64,000 nucleotides of DNA from Candidatus Aenigmatarchaeota archaeon. Lineage in GTDB: Archaea > Aenigmatarchaeota > Aenigmatarchaeia > CG10238-14 > SpSt-28. Of this stretch, positions 31,282-40,684 are shown piece by piece; position 1 is the stretch's first letter; every line of letters starts with the position of its first letter. The notes under the pieces are model-generated. The model was not told the origin of the DNA and ran no database searches. It was given only the letters and a program-made list of their open reading frames with translations. The DNA is taken from assembly GCA_039000985.1 (NCBI GenBank), contig JAWBMD010000001.1:42538-106537 (forward strand), written 5' to 3'. A program made the position numbers and the translations under genes.

Positions 31282-31855
31282 AATATAATTTATCTAAAAA
31301 GTAATTTAGTATAACTATGCATTGAGAAGTGAAATATTCAATGTTTCCAAGCGAAATAAAGCCTTTGGCATGCTTTTTTAAAAATTTCTTTTTATCTTTT
31401 GGAATTCCTTCATGATCACCAAGCACAAACATAATATTTTTATTTTTAAACTCAAAACTTTCTAAATTATCACCTTTTTTATCAAGCACATAAATATCGA
31501 AATTTTCTTTTGAATTAGTTATAACATTTTCCAAGCTATTTTTTTCTATAAATATTCCTGGCAGTGCTTCCACTTTTTTTCCTTTTTTATATTTCCACAA
31601 AACAATTCTTAATAATTCCCCAACATCTTTTTTTGAAAATGGAGTTTTTTCATTTGGGATTATTTCTATATGTTTTGGTGGATCTGGAGGTCCATTTAAA
31701 ATTATATCCATTTTAACATCTTTTCTAATTTTATTTGAAAGGAAAAAAGAATGAATTATTGAATGAGCAACTATATCCAATCTACCAGCTTTCATTAAAT
31801 CTTTAAATTTGCTAGTTGTATATCCTCTATTTGAAAATAGAAGAAAATTTCTCAT
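31196..31855 (-). CDS. trmY: tRNA (pseudouridine54-N1)-methyltransferase
   Basis: [38 protein letters not shown] motifs. Confidence 0.9.
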   Translation of the reverse strand: MRNFLLFSNRGYTTSKFKDLMKAGRLDIVAHSIIHSFFLSNKIRKDVKMDIILNGPPDPPKHIEIIPNEKTPFSKKDVGELLRIVLWKYKKGKKVEALPGIFIEKNSLENVITNSKENFDIYVLDKKGDNLESFEFKNKNIMFVLGDHEGIPKDKKKFLKKHAKGFISLGNIEYFTSQCIVILNYFLDKLYYGSAFDSSNNNLCSATDIGISNKNNKRI

Positions 31856-32703
31856 ATTTCTGTTTCTGTAATTTTTAGAAAAGCCATGAAAAGTATGTTT
31901 GTTAAAGGAACTCCAATATATATGAGAAGTTTTGAAATTTCAACTATTGTGAATCCACCAATTTGCTTGCTAATTAAACTCATAATTGAAAGCAAAGAAA
32001 CTATGAAAAGAGGTGAAGACAAAACTAACCCTATATATATTTCCGCAACCGTGCTCAATCTTTGAATATATCTTTGTCTTTTTCCCCTCCATTCCACCAA
32101 TGTCCTTTCAGATATATATTCAAGATATGATTTCAAATCACCCCCAGCTATTGTTGTACTTGCTATTCCATTTAATAATTCACCCATTCTTTTAGATGGG
32201 CTTTTAGAAGCAACATCCCTCAATGCTAAAACAAAATTCATACCAAAACTTTCCATATTAAGAACGACTCTTTCAAATTCTTTTCCAACTTCTCCATACT
32301 CTTTAAATCTAGAAAGTATTTTGAATGCAAGATATGGTGGTATTCCACTTCTTACTATCGATGATAAATGAATTATTACATATGGTAAAATGCTTTCAAT
32401 TTGAGTATTTCTTGAATATGCTTTATTTATTGGATAAAATATTCCGATTAAAAATGTTGAAGTGGCTGCAATTATTGGTAAAAATATATTTAAAAATAGC
32501 AAAATCAATTGAGATTTAATAAAATATGGTAAAATTGTTGTTGAAACGAAAATAGACGATATAAATACTATTGCTGTTAAAGAAAGTATTATCGAAATAT
32601 ATGTAACCAAATTAATTTTCATGTTCGCTTTATTCATATAATCTCTTAAAAAGCTTAGAAATGATTCAAGTTTTTCTGCAATTGGTAAAAGTAGTTTTCT
32701 CAC
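31852..32703 (-). CDS. Type II secretion / type IV pilus platform protein (TadC/FlaJ-like)
   Basis: IESILPY, SGIPP, YGEVGKEF, SPSKR, GGDLK.YL; TM helices. Confidence 0.9.
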   Translation of the reverse strand: MRKLLLPIAEKLESFLSFLRDYMNKANMKINLVTYISIILSLTAIVFISSIFVSTTILPYFIKSQLILLFLNIFLPIIAATSTFLIGIFYPINKAYSRNTQIESILPYVIIHLSSIVRSGIPPYLAFKILSRFKEYGEVGKEFERVVLNMESFGMNFVLALRDVASKSPSKRMGELLNGIASTTIAGGDLKSYLEYISERTLVEWRGKRQRYIQRLSTVAEIYIGLVLSSPLFIVSLLSIMSLISKQIGGFTIVEISKLLIYIGVPLTNILFMAFLKITETEI

Positions 32704-34352
32704 TTTTCTAAAATATCTTTAAAAATGCTCCAAATGCTTTTAAATTTCTTTTCTGGAAGTATTTTTTTAACTTCTATTTCAATCGCTTTTTTATAATAAC
32801 TTTTGATTAAAGAATAAAAAGAAACATAATCTATTTTTCCCTCCAATTTCCATTTTCTTAGTAAATTTATTCTTTTTTCATATTCTTTGTTTAGTACTTC
32901 TTCTGGAATACCTGTATTGGCAGCTATCCTTTTTAACCAAATAGAGTTTTCTACTTTTTCAAAAGAATCTGTTGCAGGATCCCACCTAAATACAACATTT
33001 GAGTTTATTTCTCCACTTCTTGGGTCTACACTAACTATTTCTATTACCTCTTTTACTCTTCTTGCAGTTGCTCCCTTCTCTTTTGCATGACTCATAACAA
33101 TAACAACTCCAAGACTTTCCATTAATGTTGGTGATAAATTTATTGGTGGTGATGTTAATCTTTTTGATAAAGTTTCTAATGATGTTGCATGGAATGTAGA
33201 TAGGGAAGAGTGTCCAGACGCCATTGCTTGAAACATAACATAAGTTTCCTCTCCTCTAGTTTCACCAACTATTAAATAATCTGGGTTCATTCTAAAGCTT
33301 TCTCTAAGTAATTGGAATAAACTAACCTCTCCATATTTTTCTCCAGATGCTCCTGGCAAGCCAAAACCACTTCTAGCTAATGATGGAACCCAATGTTCAT
33401 GTAAAAGATTTATTTCTCTCGTATCTTCTATTGAAACTATTTTTGCTTCAGGAGGAATAAACATTGAAATTGCATTTAAAAACGATGTTTTTCCACTACC
33501 AGTTCCTCCTATTATAATCATTGGTACTTTATATTGAACTAACAACCAAAGATATGCAAATACTTCTTCAGAGCAAGTATTGTTTTGAGCCAATTCTAAT
33601 GGAGAAAATGGTACTTCTCTAAACTTTCTTATTGTAAATGAAGCACCCTTTGTTGTTACATCTTCACTTAATGATAAAGCTATTCTACTTCCATCTGGTA
33701 ATGTAGCATCTAACAAAGGCTCTGCATAGCTAATATATTTACCAGATCTCTGAGCCATTTTTATTACAAGATCTTTTAAATAACTCCCATCTTTAAAAAC
33801 AATGTTTGTTCTTAGCGAGCCAAAAACTTTATGTATTACATAAACTGGTACATTAATACCATCACAACTAATATCTTCAATAAATGGGTCTTCCATTAAT
33901 GGTTGTATTTCGTTTAATCCCAAAAAATCTCTATAAAAAAAGTACATGAATTTTAAAAATTGTGCTGGTTTAATTTTTATGTTTAAATCTTTTATTATTT
34001 TTTTAACAGTGGCTTCTAATTCAGAAATAGCTTTTTCCGGATTTTCTATAACAAAAATTTCTTCCAAGTTTTTTCTAATTTTTTGGAATAAAGGTTTTTC
34101 ATCTTCTTTTATTTCCGGCTCTATTAAATTATAAATTACTATTTTTTCATTTTCATCATATTTTATATTTACATAGGCAAATGGTTCTATTAGTGGATAT
34201 GTTATATCTGTCTTTTTTATATCATCTGGTCTTCTTATTTCTTTTATTTTTGCTAAGCTTTCTTTAGATATTAAAAATACTGGTAGCTCTTTTATTTCAT
34301 CAGCTTTTAAATGTTCTTTAATTTTTCTATAAAGTAATCCTCTCAGCTTCAT
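32700..34352 (-). CDS. Type IV pilus assembly ATPase (FlaI/VirB11 family)
   Basis: DPFIEDISCDG, LPDGSR, FTIRKF, Walker A GGTGSGKT, IEDTRE, RMNPDYLIVGETRG, GH..STFHA. Confidence 0.95.
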   Translation of the reverse strand: MKLRGLLYRKIKEHLKADEIKELPVFLISKESLAKIKEIRRPDDIKKTDITYPLIEPFAYVNIKYDENEKIVIYNLIEPEIKEDEKPLFQKIRKNLEEIFVIENPEKAISELEATVKKIIKDLNIKIKPAQFLKFMYFFYRDFLGLNEIQPLMEDPFIEDISCDGINVPVYVIHKVFGSLRTNIVFKDGSYLKDLVIKMAQRSGKYISYAEPLLDATLPDGSRIALSLSEDVTTKGASFTIRKFREVPFSPLELAQNNTCSEEVFAYLWLLVQYKVPMIIIGGTGSGKTSFLNAISMFIPPEAKIVSIEDTREINLLHEHWVPSLARSGFGLPGASGEKYGEVSLFQLLRESFRMNPDYLIVGETRGEETYVMFQAMASGHSSLSTFHATSLETLSKRLTSPPINLSPTLMESLGVVIVMSHAKEKGATARRVKEVIEIVSVDPRSGEINSNVVFRWDPATDSFEKVENSIWLKRIAANTGIPEEVLNKEYEKRINLLRKWKLEGKIDYVSFYSLIKSYYKKAIEIEVKKILPEKKFKSIWSIFKDILEK

Positions 34353-35403
34353 TTAACTTAATTATTCTTTCTCCACTCATTCCAAATTTCATATAATCAG
34401 CACCTATACCAAAAGCTAAATGTGTTAAAAAGTTATCATCTGTTTCATTAGATCTATGTGATACAACAATTTTTAACTTTCTTTTCTTTGCTTCTTTAAC
34501 AAATTCTATTGTTTCAGAAATTAGACCAACTTGACTTGGTTTTACTATTACTGCATTTGTAACCGTTTTTTCTATCAAAATTTCTTTGTTTGTAGAATAT
34601 AAGTCATCTCCACAAACAATAACTTTTTTTCCAAATTTTTTTGTTAATGCTTTAAAATTTTCAAAATCGTTTTCATGAAATGGATCTTCAACATATTTTA
34701 TGTTAAATTTTTTAATTAAATCTGAAACAAAATTCAATTGCTCATTTTCATTTATTATTAAACCATTGAAATCATAATATTTTTCTTTAAATGCGCTCGA
34801 TGAAGCGAAATCTATTCCAATAGTTAAATTTAAATTTTTCATTATTTCAAGAATTTTTTCATAGCTTAAAGAAGTTAACCAAGCTGATTCTAAATTTTTT
34901 TGGAAATTGAATGAGCTATCGTTTTCTTTTATTAAATTACCAAGCTCTCTAAATTTTTTTGCCAATTTGAAAATATTTTTATCAATTGCTAAAAATTCTT
35001 GAAAATTGCTTCCTCCATGTTTTAATCCACCAACAAAATTCGCTAAATATTTTGGTTTTTTAACTTTTTGTCTTGATATTATGCTTATGTATTTAAAAAG
35101 TTTCAAATTTTCTTTTTTTGCAAAATATTTTGTAAATGTTGTTGAAATTGCTAGCGATAAATTATTTTTTCCTATTTTTCTTTTCAAGAATTCATCAACT
35201 TCATAAATATTATCAAATTTTTGTTTTTTTAAATTGTTTTTTATTTTATTAAATAATTTTGCACATTCCTCAAAGCTTAAAAAAGCAGCTTCTTTTTCAG
35301 ATTTAGATGTTCCAACTGGTGAAGAAGAGTAAACATCATTAATGAAAAATTCAACTGTTTCTATTGCTGAGGTTGTTAAAACCCTTCTTATACCAATCTC
35401 CAT
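34327..35403 (-). CDS. eno: Enolase (short, divergent)
   Basis: GG.KH, FQEF, IDFASS, EDPFHEND, GDDL, VKPSQVG, VSHRSNET, ER..KLN. Confidence 0.88.
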   Translation of the reverse strand: MEIGIRRVLTTSAIETVEFFINDVYSSSPVGTSKSEKEAAFLSFEECAKLFNKIKNNLKKQKFDNIYEVDEFLKRKIGKNNLSLAISTTFTKYFAKKENLKLFKYISIISRQKVKKPKYLANFVGGLKHGGSNFQEFLAIDKNIFKLAKKFRELGNLIKENDSSFNFQKNLESAWLTSLSYEKILEIMKNLNLTIGIDFASSSAFKEKYYDFNGLIINENEQLNFVSDLIKKFNIKYVEDPFHENDFENFKALTKKFGKKVIVCGDDLYSTNKEILIEKTVTNAVIVKPSQVGLISETIEFVKEAKKRKLKIVVSHRSNETDDNFLTHLAFGIGADYMKFGMSGERIIKLNEAERITL

Positions 35404-36554
35404 ATTTGCTTTGGATAAATAATTGTTTTTGTTTTTAATAATGAAACTTCATCAAATTTTTTTGTCTCACCAACTTTTTTTGTTCCATATATAAGTATTG
35501 GTACATCTGAAAATATGTGTTTACCAGTAGAGCAAGATGTTGAATGATCACATGTTATTACTATTTTTAAATTTTCATTTATTAGCTTACTCAAATTTTT
35601 ATCAAATAATTCTATAAAATGCTTTTTCAATTCAAAATTTTTATCATGGGAAGCTTCATCAAAAGCTTTTAAATGAGCAAAAATTAATTTGTATTTAAAC
35701 AAATTTTCCTCTATTTTTTCAAAAACAAATTCCATTGTTTTTTCATGGTCTATTTTATAATTTTTTGTTATTTCCGGGATTGTTAAAATTTTGAAGCCAG
35801 CTAAAATACAACAACCTTTTACTACACCATTTTCAACTATTGCTAATGAATTATCAAACCTTTTTTTTAATTTTGGCAAATAGTTTTCTCCATCTCTAAA
35901 CATTATATAATTTGCTTTTTTTATTCCATTTTTCTCCCTTTCAACATTAAAACTACTTTTTTCAAGCAACGGAAATGATTCATTTACAAAATCTTGTAAA
36001 ACTTTTGCAGTTAGAACAGAGTTTCTATCTAATGGTAAAATTCTTTTTATTTTTTCCCCAACATTTACATCATTAAATGAAATATTTTTGCTGTGATTTC
36101 CTTTTAATAAAAAAGCTATTCTATGACCATAACCTCTTTTTGCTTGATAGCTAAACTTTATGTTTATATTTTCGCAAACTTCATTTAAAAGCTCATCCAA
36201 TTTAAACAAATTTCTACCAGCTCTTCTATCAATCATTATACCATTTTCAACAGTAGAAAAATTTCCTCTAATAGCTAAGTTACCATTTTCAAAATACATA
36301 TCATTTCCAATAACTTCTAAAGCTCCTCTTCCAATATTTTCTTCATATCCAAGAATTCTTAACATGGCTAAATGCGAAGCACTTTTCTCTAGATTTTCAT
36401 TCCATTCCTTAAAAATTCTTAGCTTTGCAATAAAAGATTTTTTTGATATGTAGTTTATGTTTTCTTTTTCAGCTTCTTTTAGAGGAGTAGTGTTATTAAT
36501 TATTTCATCAGACAAACCATCTAGCAAAAAGAAAACAATGCATTTTTTTCTCAT
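35388..36554 (-). CDS. apgM: 2,3-bisphosphoglycerate-independent phosphoglycerate mutase (archaeal type)
   Basis: DGLSD, TPL..A, GRGALE, RGNF, DRRAGR, HLKAFDEASH, TCDHST. Confidence 0.9.
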   Translation of the reverse strand: MRKKCIVFFLLDGLSDEIINNTTPLKEAEKENINYISKKSFIAKLRIFKEWNENLEKSASHLAMLRILGYEENIGRGALEVIGNDMYFENGNLAIRGNFSTVENGIMIDRRAGRNLFKLDELLNEVCENINIKFSYQAKRGYGHRIAFLLKGNHSKNISFNDVNVGEKIKRILPLDRNSVLTAKVLQDFVNESFPLLEKSSFNVEREKNGIKKANYIMFRDGENYLPKLKKRFDNSLAIVENGVVKGCCILAGFKILTIPEITKNYKIDHEKTMEFVFEKIEENLFKYKLIFAHLKAFDEASHDKNFELKKHFIELFDKNLSKLINENLKIVITCDHSTSCSTGKHIFSDVPILIYGTKKVGETKKFDEVSLLKTKTIIYPKQIWRLV

Positions 36555-36584
36555 AAATAAATATTTAAACCTCGAAATAAATTT

Positions 36585-37169
36585 ATGAATAGTATAAAAA
36601 TGCTTGTTTTGGGCATAGTTATAGGATTTTTATTGTTTTTCTTGATAAACTTATTAAATGAAAACATTACCATTAAAAAAACAAGTAAAATGTTAGTAGA
36701 ATTTTATGAATTAATATTTCCAAATTTGAAATTTTCCGTGGAAAATGTTAAAAAAGAGAATGGAATGTTTAAGTTTTTATTAAAAGGTAGTGATGGTAGT
36801 TATAGGGAAGTTTTTGTTAGTTTAGGCGGTAATTATCTTTCTGGAGCAGTAATATCTTTAAAGGAAAGTGTTACACAAATTCAAAAACTGAAAAATTTTG
36901 TTGATTGTTTATATTCAAAAGGTTTAAGAATATTTGGTATGCTTCAAAGCAACAATACTGCAATTAATCAGGCAACATCACTTCAATTAAATTTGCTTGG
37001 GATGTATTCCTCTAAGCTATATGTTAGTTGTGATGGAGAAGCTTTGCAATCTTGCTTATCAATTGGTTTAAGAGCATTGCCAGCTATTGTTTATGAAAAT
37101 AAAAGTTATGAAGGCGTTGTATTTTCCATAGATAATTTTTCTACTATAACTGGATGCAAGTTAGATTAA
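36585..37169 (+). CDS. Membrane-anchored thioredoxin-like protein lacking CxxC
   Basis: N-terminal TM; FVDCL..KG..IFG...YVSC...C...LP...YEG...ITGC pattern. Confidence 0.55.
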   Translation: MNSIKMLVLGIVIGFLLFFLINLLNENITIKKTSKMLVEFYELIFPNLKFSVENVKKENGMFKFLLKGSDGSYREVFVSLGGNYLSGAVISLKESVTQIQKLKNFVDCLYSKGLRIFGMLQSNNTAINQATSLQLNLLGMYSSKLYVSCDGEALQSCLSIGLRALPAIVYENKSYEGVVFSIDNFSTITGCKLD

Positions 37170-38932
37170 TTTTTTTATTATTTTTAATTTTTCCTCTTGC
37201 TTTTTCTTTTGATTGTACTTTGAGAACTGGTAATTGTAATTCTAATGAAGTTTGTATTTTAAGAATGTTTGAAAGAAATAATTCGCATGCCGCTTCTTGT
37301 GACTATACTTCATACAATTATGTTATATGTTGTGATACTATAAAGTTTTCATCTGTAAAGCAAAGTTGCTTAAATGATGAAGGTGGAATACTTTCATTAG
37401 CTAAGCTAAATGATTCGCATGTTGAAAAATATAATTATTCAAACTATCCATATCATGTTTGTGCAAAATTTGATATAGGCTCTCCAGTAACAACTTATAT
37501 AAGAGAAAATGGTTGTTTTCCTAATGAAACAATTGTTGCAAGCATTCATGATTTAACTAATTCCCATATTGCAGAACCTAACTATTATAATAAAAAAGTT
37601 TGCATAAGCAAATATAGTGATTTATTATTAAACCAATCATCTATTGAGTTAAATGATAGTTATATTGTTGTTGGTGAAGCTGTTAACATAACCATAAAAG
37701 TTTTTAATGTTGGTGATGTTTATTCCTATGATGTTAAAGTTAAATGCTATGATAATTCTACTTTTTTTGGAGAATATACTATTCCATCTATAGCTCCAAA
37801 TAGTTATGGTTTGGCTTATTGTTTGTGGAATTCTGTTTGCAATATACAGCACAATTTAACTTTTGTTGTTGATGAAAATAATGAAATTTTTGAATATAAT
37901 GAAACAAACAATAATTTTACTCAAAGTGTTAATTTAATAGAAAAGCTTTTCATAAAAATAGATAGTCCAGCAAATAATTCAATAATTTATAGAAATAAAA
38001 CTGTAAGCTTAAATTCAACTGTTCATGCTTCTTGTAATCCTGTTTCTAACTATAATGTTTATTGGTATAATGATAGTTATTTAATAGGAATTGGAGAGGA
38101 TATTAATTGGAAGGTTCCATTAGATGATAATGTTCTTGGTATTAGAAATATAACTGCTTTTGTAAATAAAACTGGTTTAGTTGAAAATAGTGATAGCATA
38201 TTTGTAACTATTTCAAATAATATTCCATTAGTTGATACAGAAATTTCTAAAGATGAAGTTGAAGTTGGTGATAGTTTAAGAGTTTATTGTAGTGTTAAAG
38301 ATGAAGAAGATAGTGTAGATTTTTTGAAAGTTAATGTTTCTATTTTAAATTCAAATGATGAATGGATTAATTCAACTGCAACAAAATTAACTGGCAATAT
38401 ATTTTATAAAGATTTTTCCATTCCTTTCAATGCTCCATTAGGAATATATAAAGCATATTGTGTTGTTTTAGATACAGATAATGGTTATAATGAAACTTTT
38501 AAAAGTTTTGTTGTTTATCAAAATGTTTCAATAATAATTTCATTGAATAAAAAAACATTTTGGTGGAATGAAAGTATTGTTAGCAGTTTAAAAATTGTTA
38601 GAAGGAATGGAAGCAATGTTGTTAATGGTTATGTAAATATTAGCTTAGATAAAGAGAAGAAATGCGAAGGTTATACTAATAATGAAGGGAAATTTAGCTG
38701 CACATTTCTTGCTCCTTTAAGAATTGGATTGTTTAATTTAGATGTTGTTGTTCAAGATCCATTATCAACAAAGTATTTTTTCAATTCTACAATCATAGAA
38801 ATTAAGTTGAGCATCGGTGAAGATATAGAGAAAGCTAAAATTGTTAGTTGTCATGAAGAACCAAGGTTAATAATAAATCCAGATGGGACTATACAGCTAG
38901 TAAAAGTTAAGGTTTGTGTTGTTAGGAAGTAA
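37154..38932 (+). CDS. Secreted surface protein with Cys-rich repeats, CARDB/Ig-like domains
   Basis: Signal peptide; three NSH-containing Cys repeats; VFNVG...VVDENNEIFEYNETNN CARDB motif; many NxS/T sequons. Confidence 0.8.
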   Translation: MQVRLIFLLFLIFPLAFSFDCTLRTGNCNSNEVCILRMFERNNSHAASCDYTSYNYVICCDTIKFSSVKQSCLNDEGGILSLAKLNDSHVEKYNYSNYPYHVCAKFDIGSPVTTYIRENGCFPNETIVASIHDLTNSHIAEPNYYNKKVCISKYSDLLLNQSSIELNDSYIVVGEAVNITIKVFNVGDVYSYDVKVKCYDNSTFFGEYTIPSIAPNSYGLAYCLWNSVCNIQHNLTFVVDENNEIFEYNETNNNFTQSVNLIEKLFIKIDSPANNSIIYRNKTVSLNSTVHASCNPVSNYNVYWYNDSYLIGIGEDINWKVPLDDNVLGIRNITAFVNKTGLVENSDSIFVTISNNIPLVDTEISKDEVEVGDSLRVYCSVKDEEDSVDFLKVNVSILNSNDEWINSTATKLTGNIFYKDFSIPFNAPLGIYKAYCVVLDTDNGYNETFKSFVVYQNVSIIISLNKKTFWWNESIVSSLKIVRRNGSNVVNGYVNISLDKEKKCEGYTNNEGKFSCTFLAPLRIGLFNLDVVVQDPLSTKYFFNSTIIEIKLSIGEDIEKAKIVSCHEEPRLIINPDGTIQLVKVKVCVVRK

Positions 38933-40684
38933 TTATTTAAGATTGACTTCTAAAATAGATTTTCTTGTTGTTGTATTAAAGCCAATTTTTTTAATTTCTA
39001 TTTCATAATTTCCCTTTCCAATTCTTGTTGTTTTAACAATTTCTGCTTTTTCTAATGGAAGTGTTAGTTTTATTGATTTGCTTTTCGTTAATACTCTTAT
39101 ATTATCAAATGTTGAAAAATCTTTTGGTGAAGAGAGAAATATGCTTGCATTTTGAATTTTATTTTTAAAACTTTCCTCCCCATATTTTTCTTTTATTAGT
39201 TTTAAACCTTCTTCATACAAAATTTTAATTTCTTCTTCACTTAAAGCTCTATTATAAATTCTAACCTCATCTATTAAGCCATTAAAATATTGAGTACTAT
39301 TAGCTCCTAATCTTCCTATTGCTACTCTATTTTCATTTGTATAATCTACTGTTTGTGTAGTTGATTTCGAATTATCCAAAACCCCATCTATATATATTCT
39401 TAAGCTTCCGCCATCAAAAACTGCAATTATATGATACCAATTATTAATTTGTAAGATTGAATTTGAGTTTATAGAATCATAAGTTCCATCAGATTTTGCT
39501 ATCCAAAACTTTACTCCATTCGAACTAAATCCAAAACTATATCCTCTTCTCGGCATTTCGTACCAATTCGCAATTACTATAGATTCTGAAGGGAATGATA
39601 AAGGTTTAACCCAAGCTTCTAAGGAAAATTTAGGAATGTTTAAACTTTCTCTATAACCAAAATAAACATAATCATCAACTTCATCAAATCTTAAGGCTTT
39701 ACCAAACTTTCCATCAACCCATTCAATTTCTTGCAAATACTTTAAAGTGCTTTTAGTAATGTTAGTCACATTTCCCTCATAAGTAATAGAATTTAAAGCT
39801 CCTGCTGTGAAATTTTCTTTTAAAATATTATAAAAAGTATAGCTTGCTTGAGAAGTTTCTCCATCATCATTAAAGCTTCCTATGTAATTTCCATTAACAA
39901 AAACTCTAATAGTATTGTAAGTCAAATCTGCAGTATTATTTATGTAATTTACAGTTAGATTGATATCACTTAAAATTGCTTTGCTTGGTAAATAAAAAGA
40001 ATGAGTTAAATTAATAGGTGAGCTACCAGTTAATTGTAAAATAGCTGAATTATATTGAGTATGTGGATTATAACCATAATATGTTCCATTATTTAAATTT
40101 CCACTATAATCATAAACTATTGTTCCATTTCCTTCATCAAACTTTAACCAAAGAACTAAGCTTTCAGGGTTTGTTATAAAAGTTCCTATACCTTCTTTAC
40201 TAACATAACCTAACAATGTAGGACTTGTTAAATTTTTATTTAAATTGAAAAAAGCACTACCTTTTACTTTAAAAGCATTATTTTCAATATTACAAACTCC
40301 TTTACAAATCCAGCTTTTATTGGTATTGAAAAAATCTTCAAATATTACATTTCCGCTATCTAAAAAAATATTCCCAACACTTCCTTTTAATTCCATATCA
40401 GATTTTCTTTTATATTCATAGCTTATTGTTTGTGTTTCTCTATCAAAAATTATTTCTCCATCACTAATTGAAATAAAGAAAGTTCTTTTTGAGCCAATTG
40501 CTTCACTACTAACATCATTTATTATGGAGCTCAAAAGATTCAAATTGTTTATTCCTTCTTGAATATTTGAAGAATCTGTTATTCTATCAATAGATGGCTT
40601 TATAGCTGTTAATGTTATTGTTATTGAAAATATTACAAGCAAAAAAACAAGCAAAGTAGAAACTATTGGTGAAACTCCTTTCAT
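38933..40684 (-). CDS. Pilin-like adhesin with LamG (concanavalin A-like) domain
   Basis: Start moved to ATG 40684 giving class III signal MKG/VSPIVSTLL; LVLWLKFDEGNG, WVDGKFGKAL.FD, WYHI, FNGLIDEVRIYNRALS. Confidence 0.88.
   Translation of the reverse strand: MKGVSPIVSTLLVFLLVIFSITITLTAIKPSIDRITDSSNIQEGINNLNLLSSIINDVSSEAIGSKRTFFISISDGEIIFDRETQTISYEYKRKSDMELKGSVGNIFLDSGNVIFEDFFNTNKSWICKGVCNIENNAFKVKGSAFFNLNKNLTSPTLLGYVSKEGIGTFITNPESLVLWLKFDEGNGTIVYDYSGNLNNGTYYGYNPHTQYNSAILQLTGSSPINLTHSFYLPSKAILSDINLTVNYINNTADLTYNTIRVFVNGNYIGSFNDDGETSQASYTFYNILKENFTAGALNSITYEGNVTNITKSTLKYLQEIEWVDGKFGKALRFDEVDDYVYFGYRESLNIPKFSLEAWVKPLSFPSESIVIANWYEMPRRGYSFGFSSNGVKFWIAKSDGTYDSINSNSILQINNWYHIIAVFDGGSLRIYIDGVLDNSKSTTQTVDYTNENRVAIGRLGANSTQYFNGLIDEVRIYNRALSEEEIKILYEEGLKLIKEKYGEESFKNKIQNASIFLSSPKDFSTFDNIRVLTKSKSIKLTLPLEKAEIVKTTRIGKGNYEIEIKKIGFNTTTRKSILEVNLK

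Noticed and set aside
31852..34352. Archaellum (FlaI/FlaJ) operon
   Set aside because: No archaellins or FlaF/G/H recognised nearby and the platform protein is a single-domain 283-aa type; a pilus system fits better
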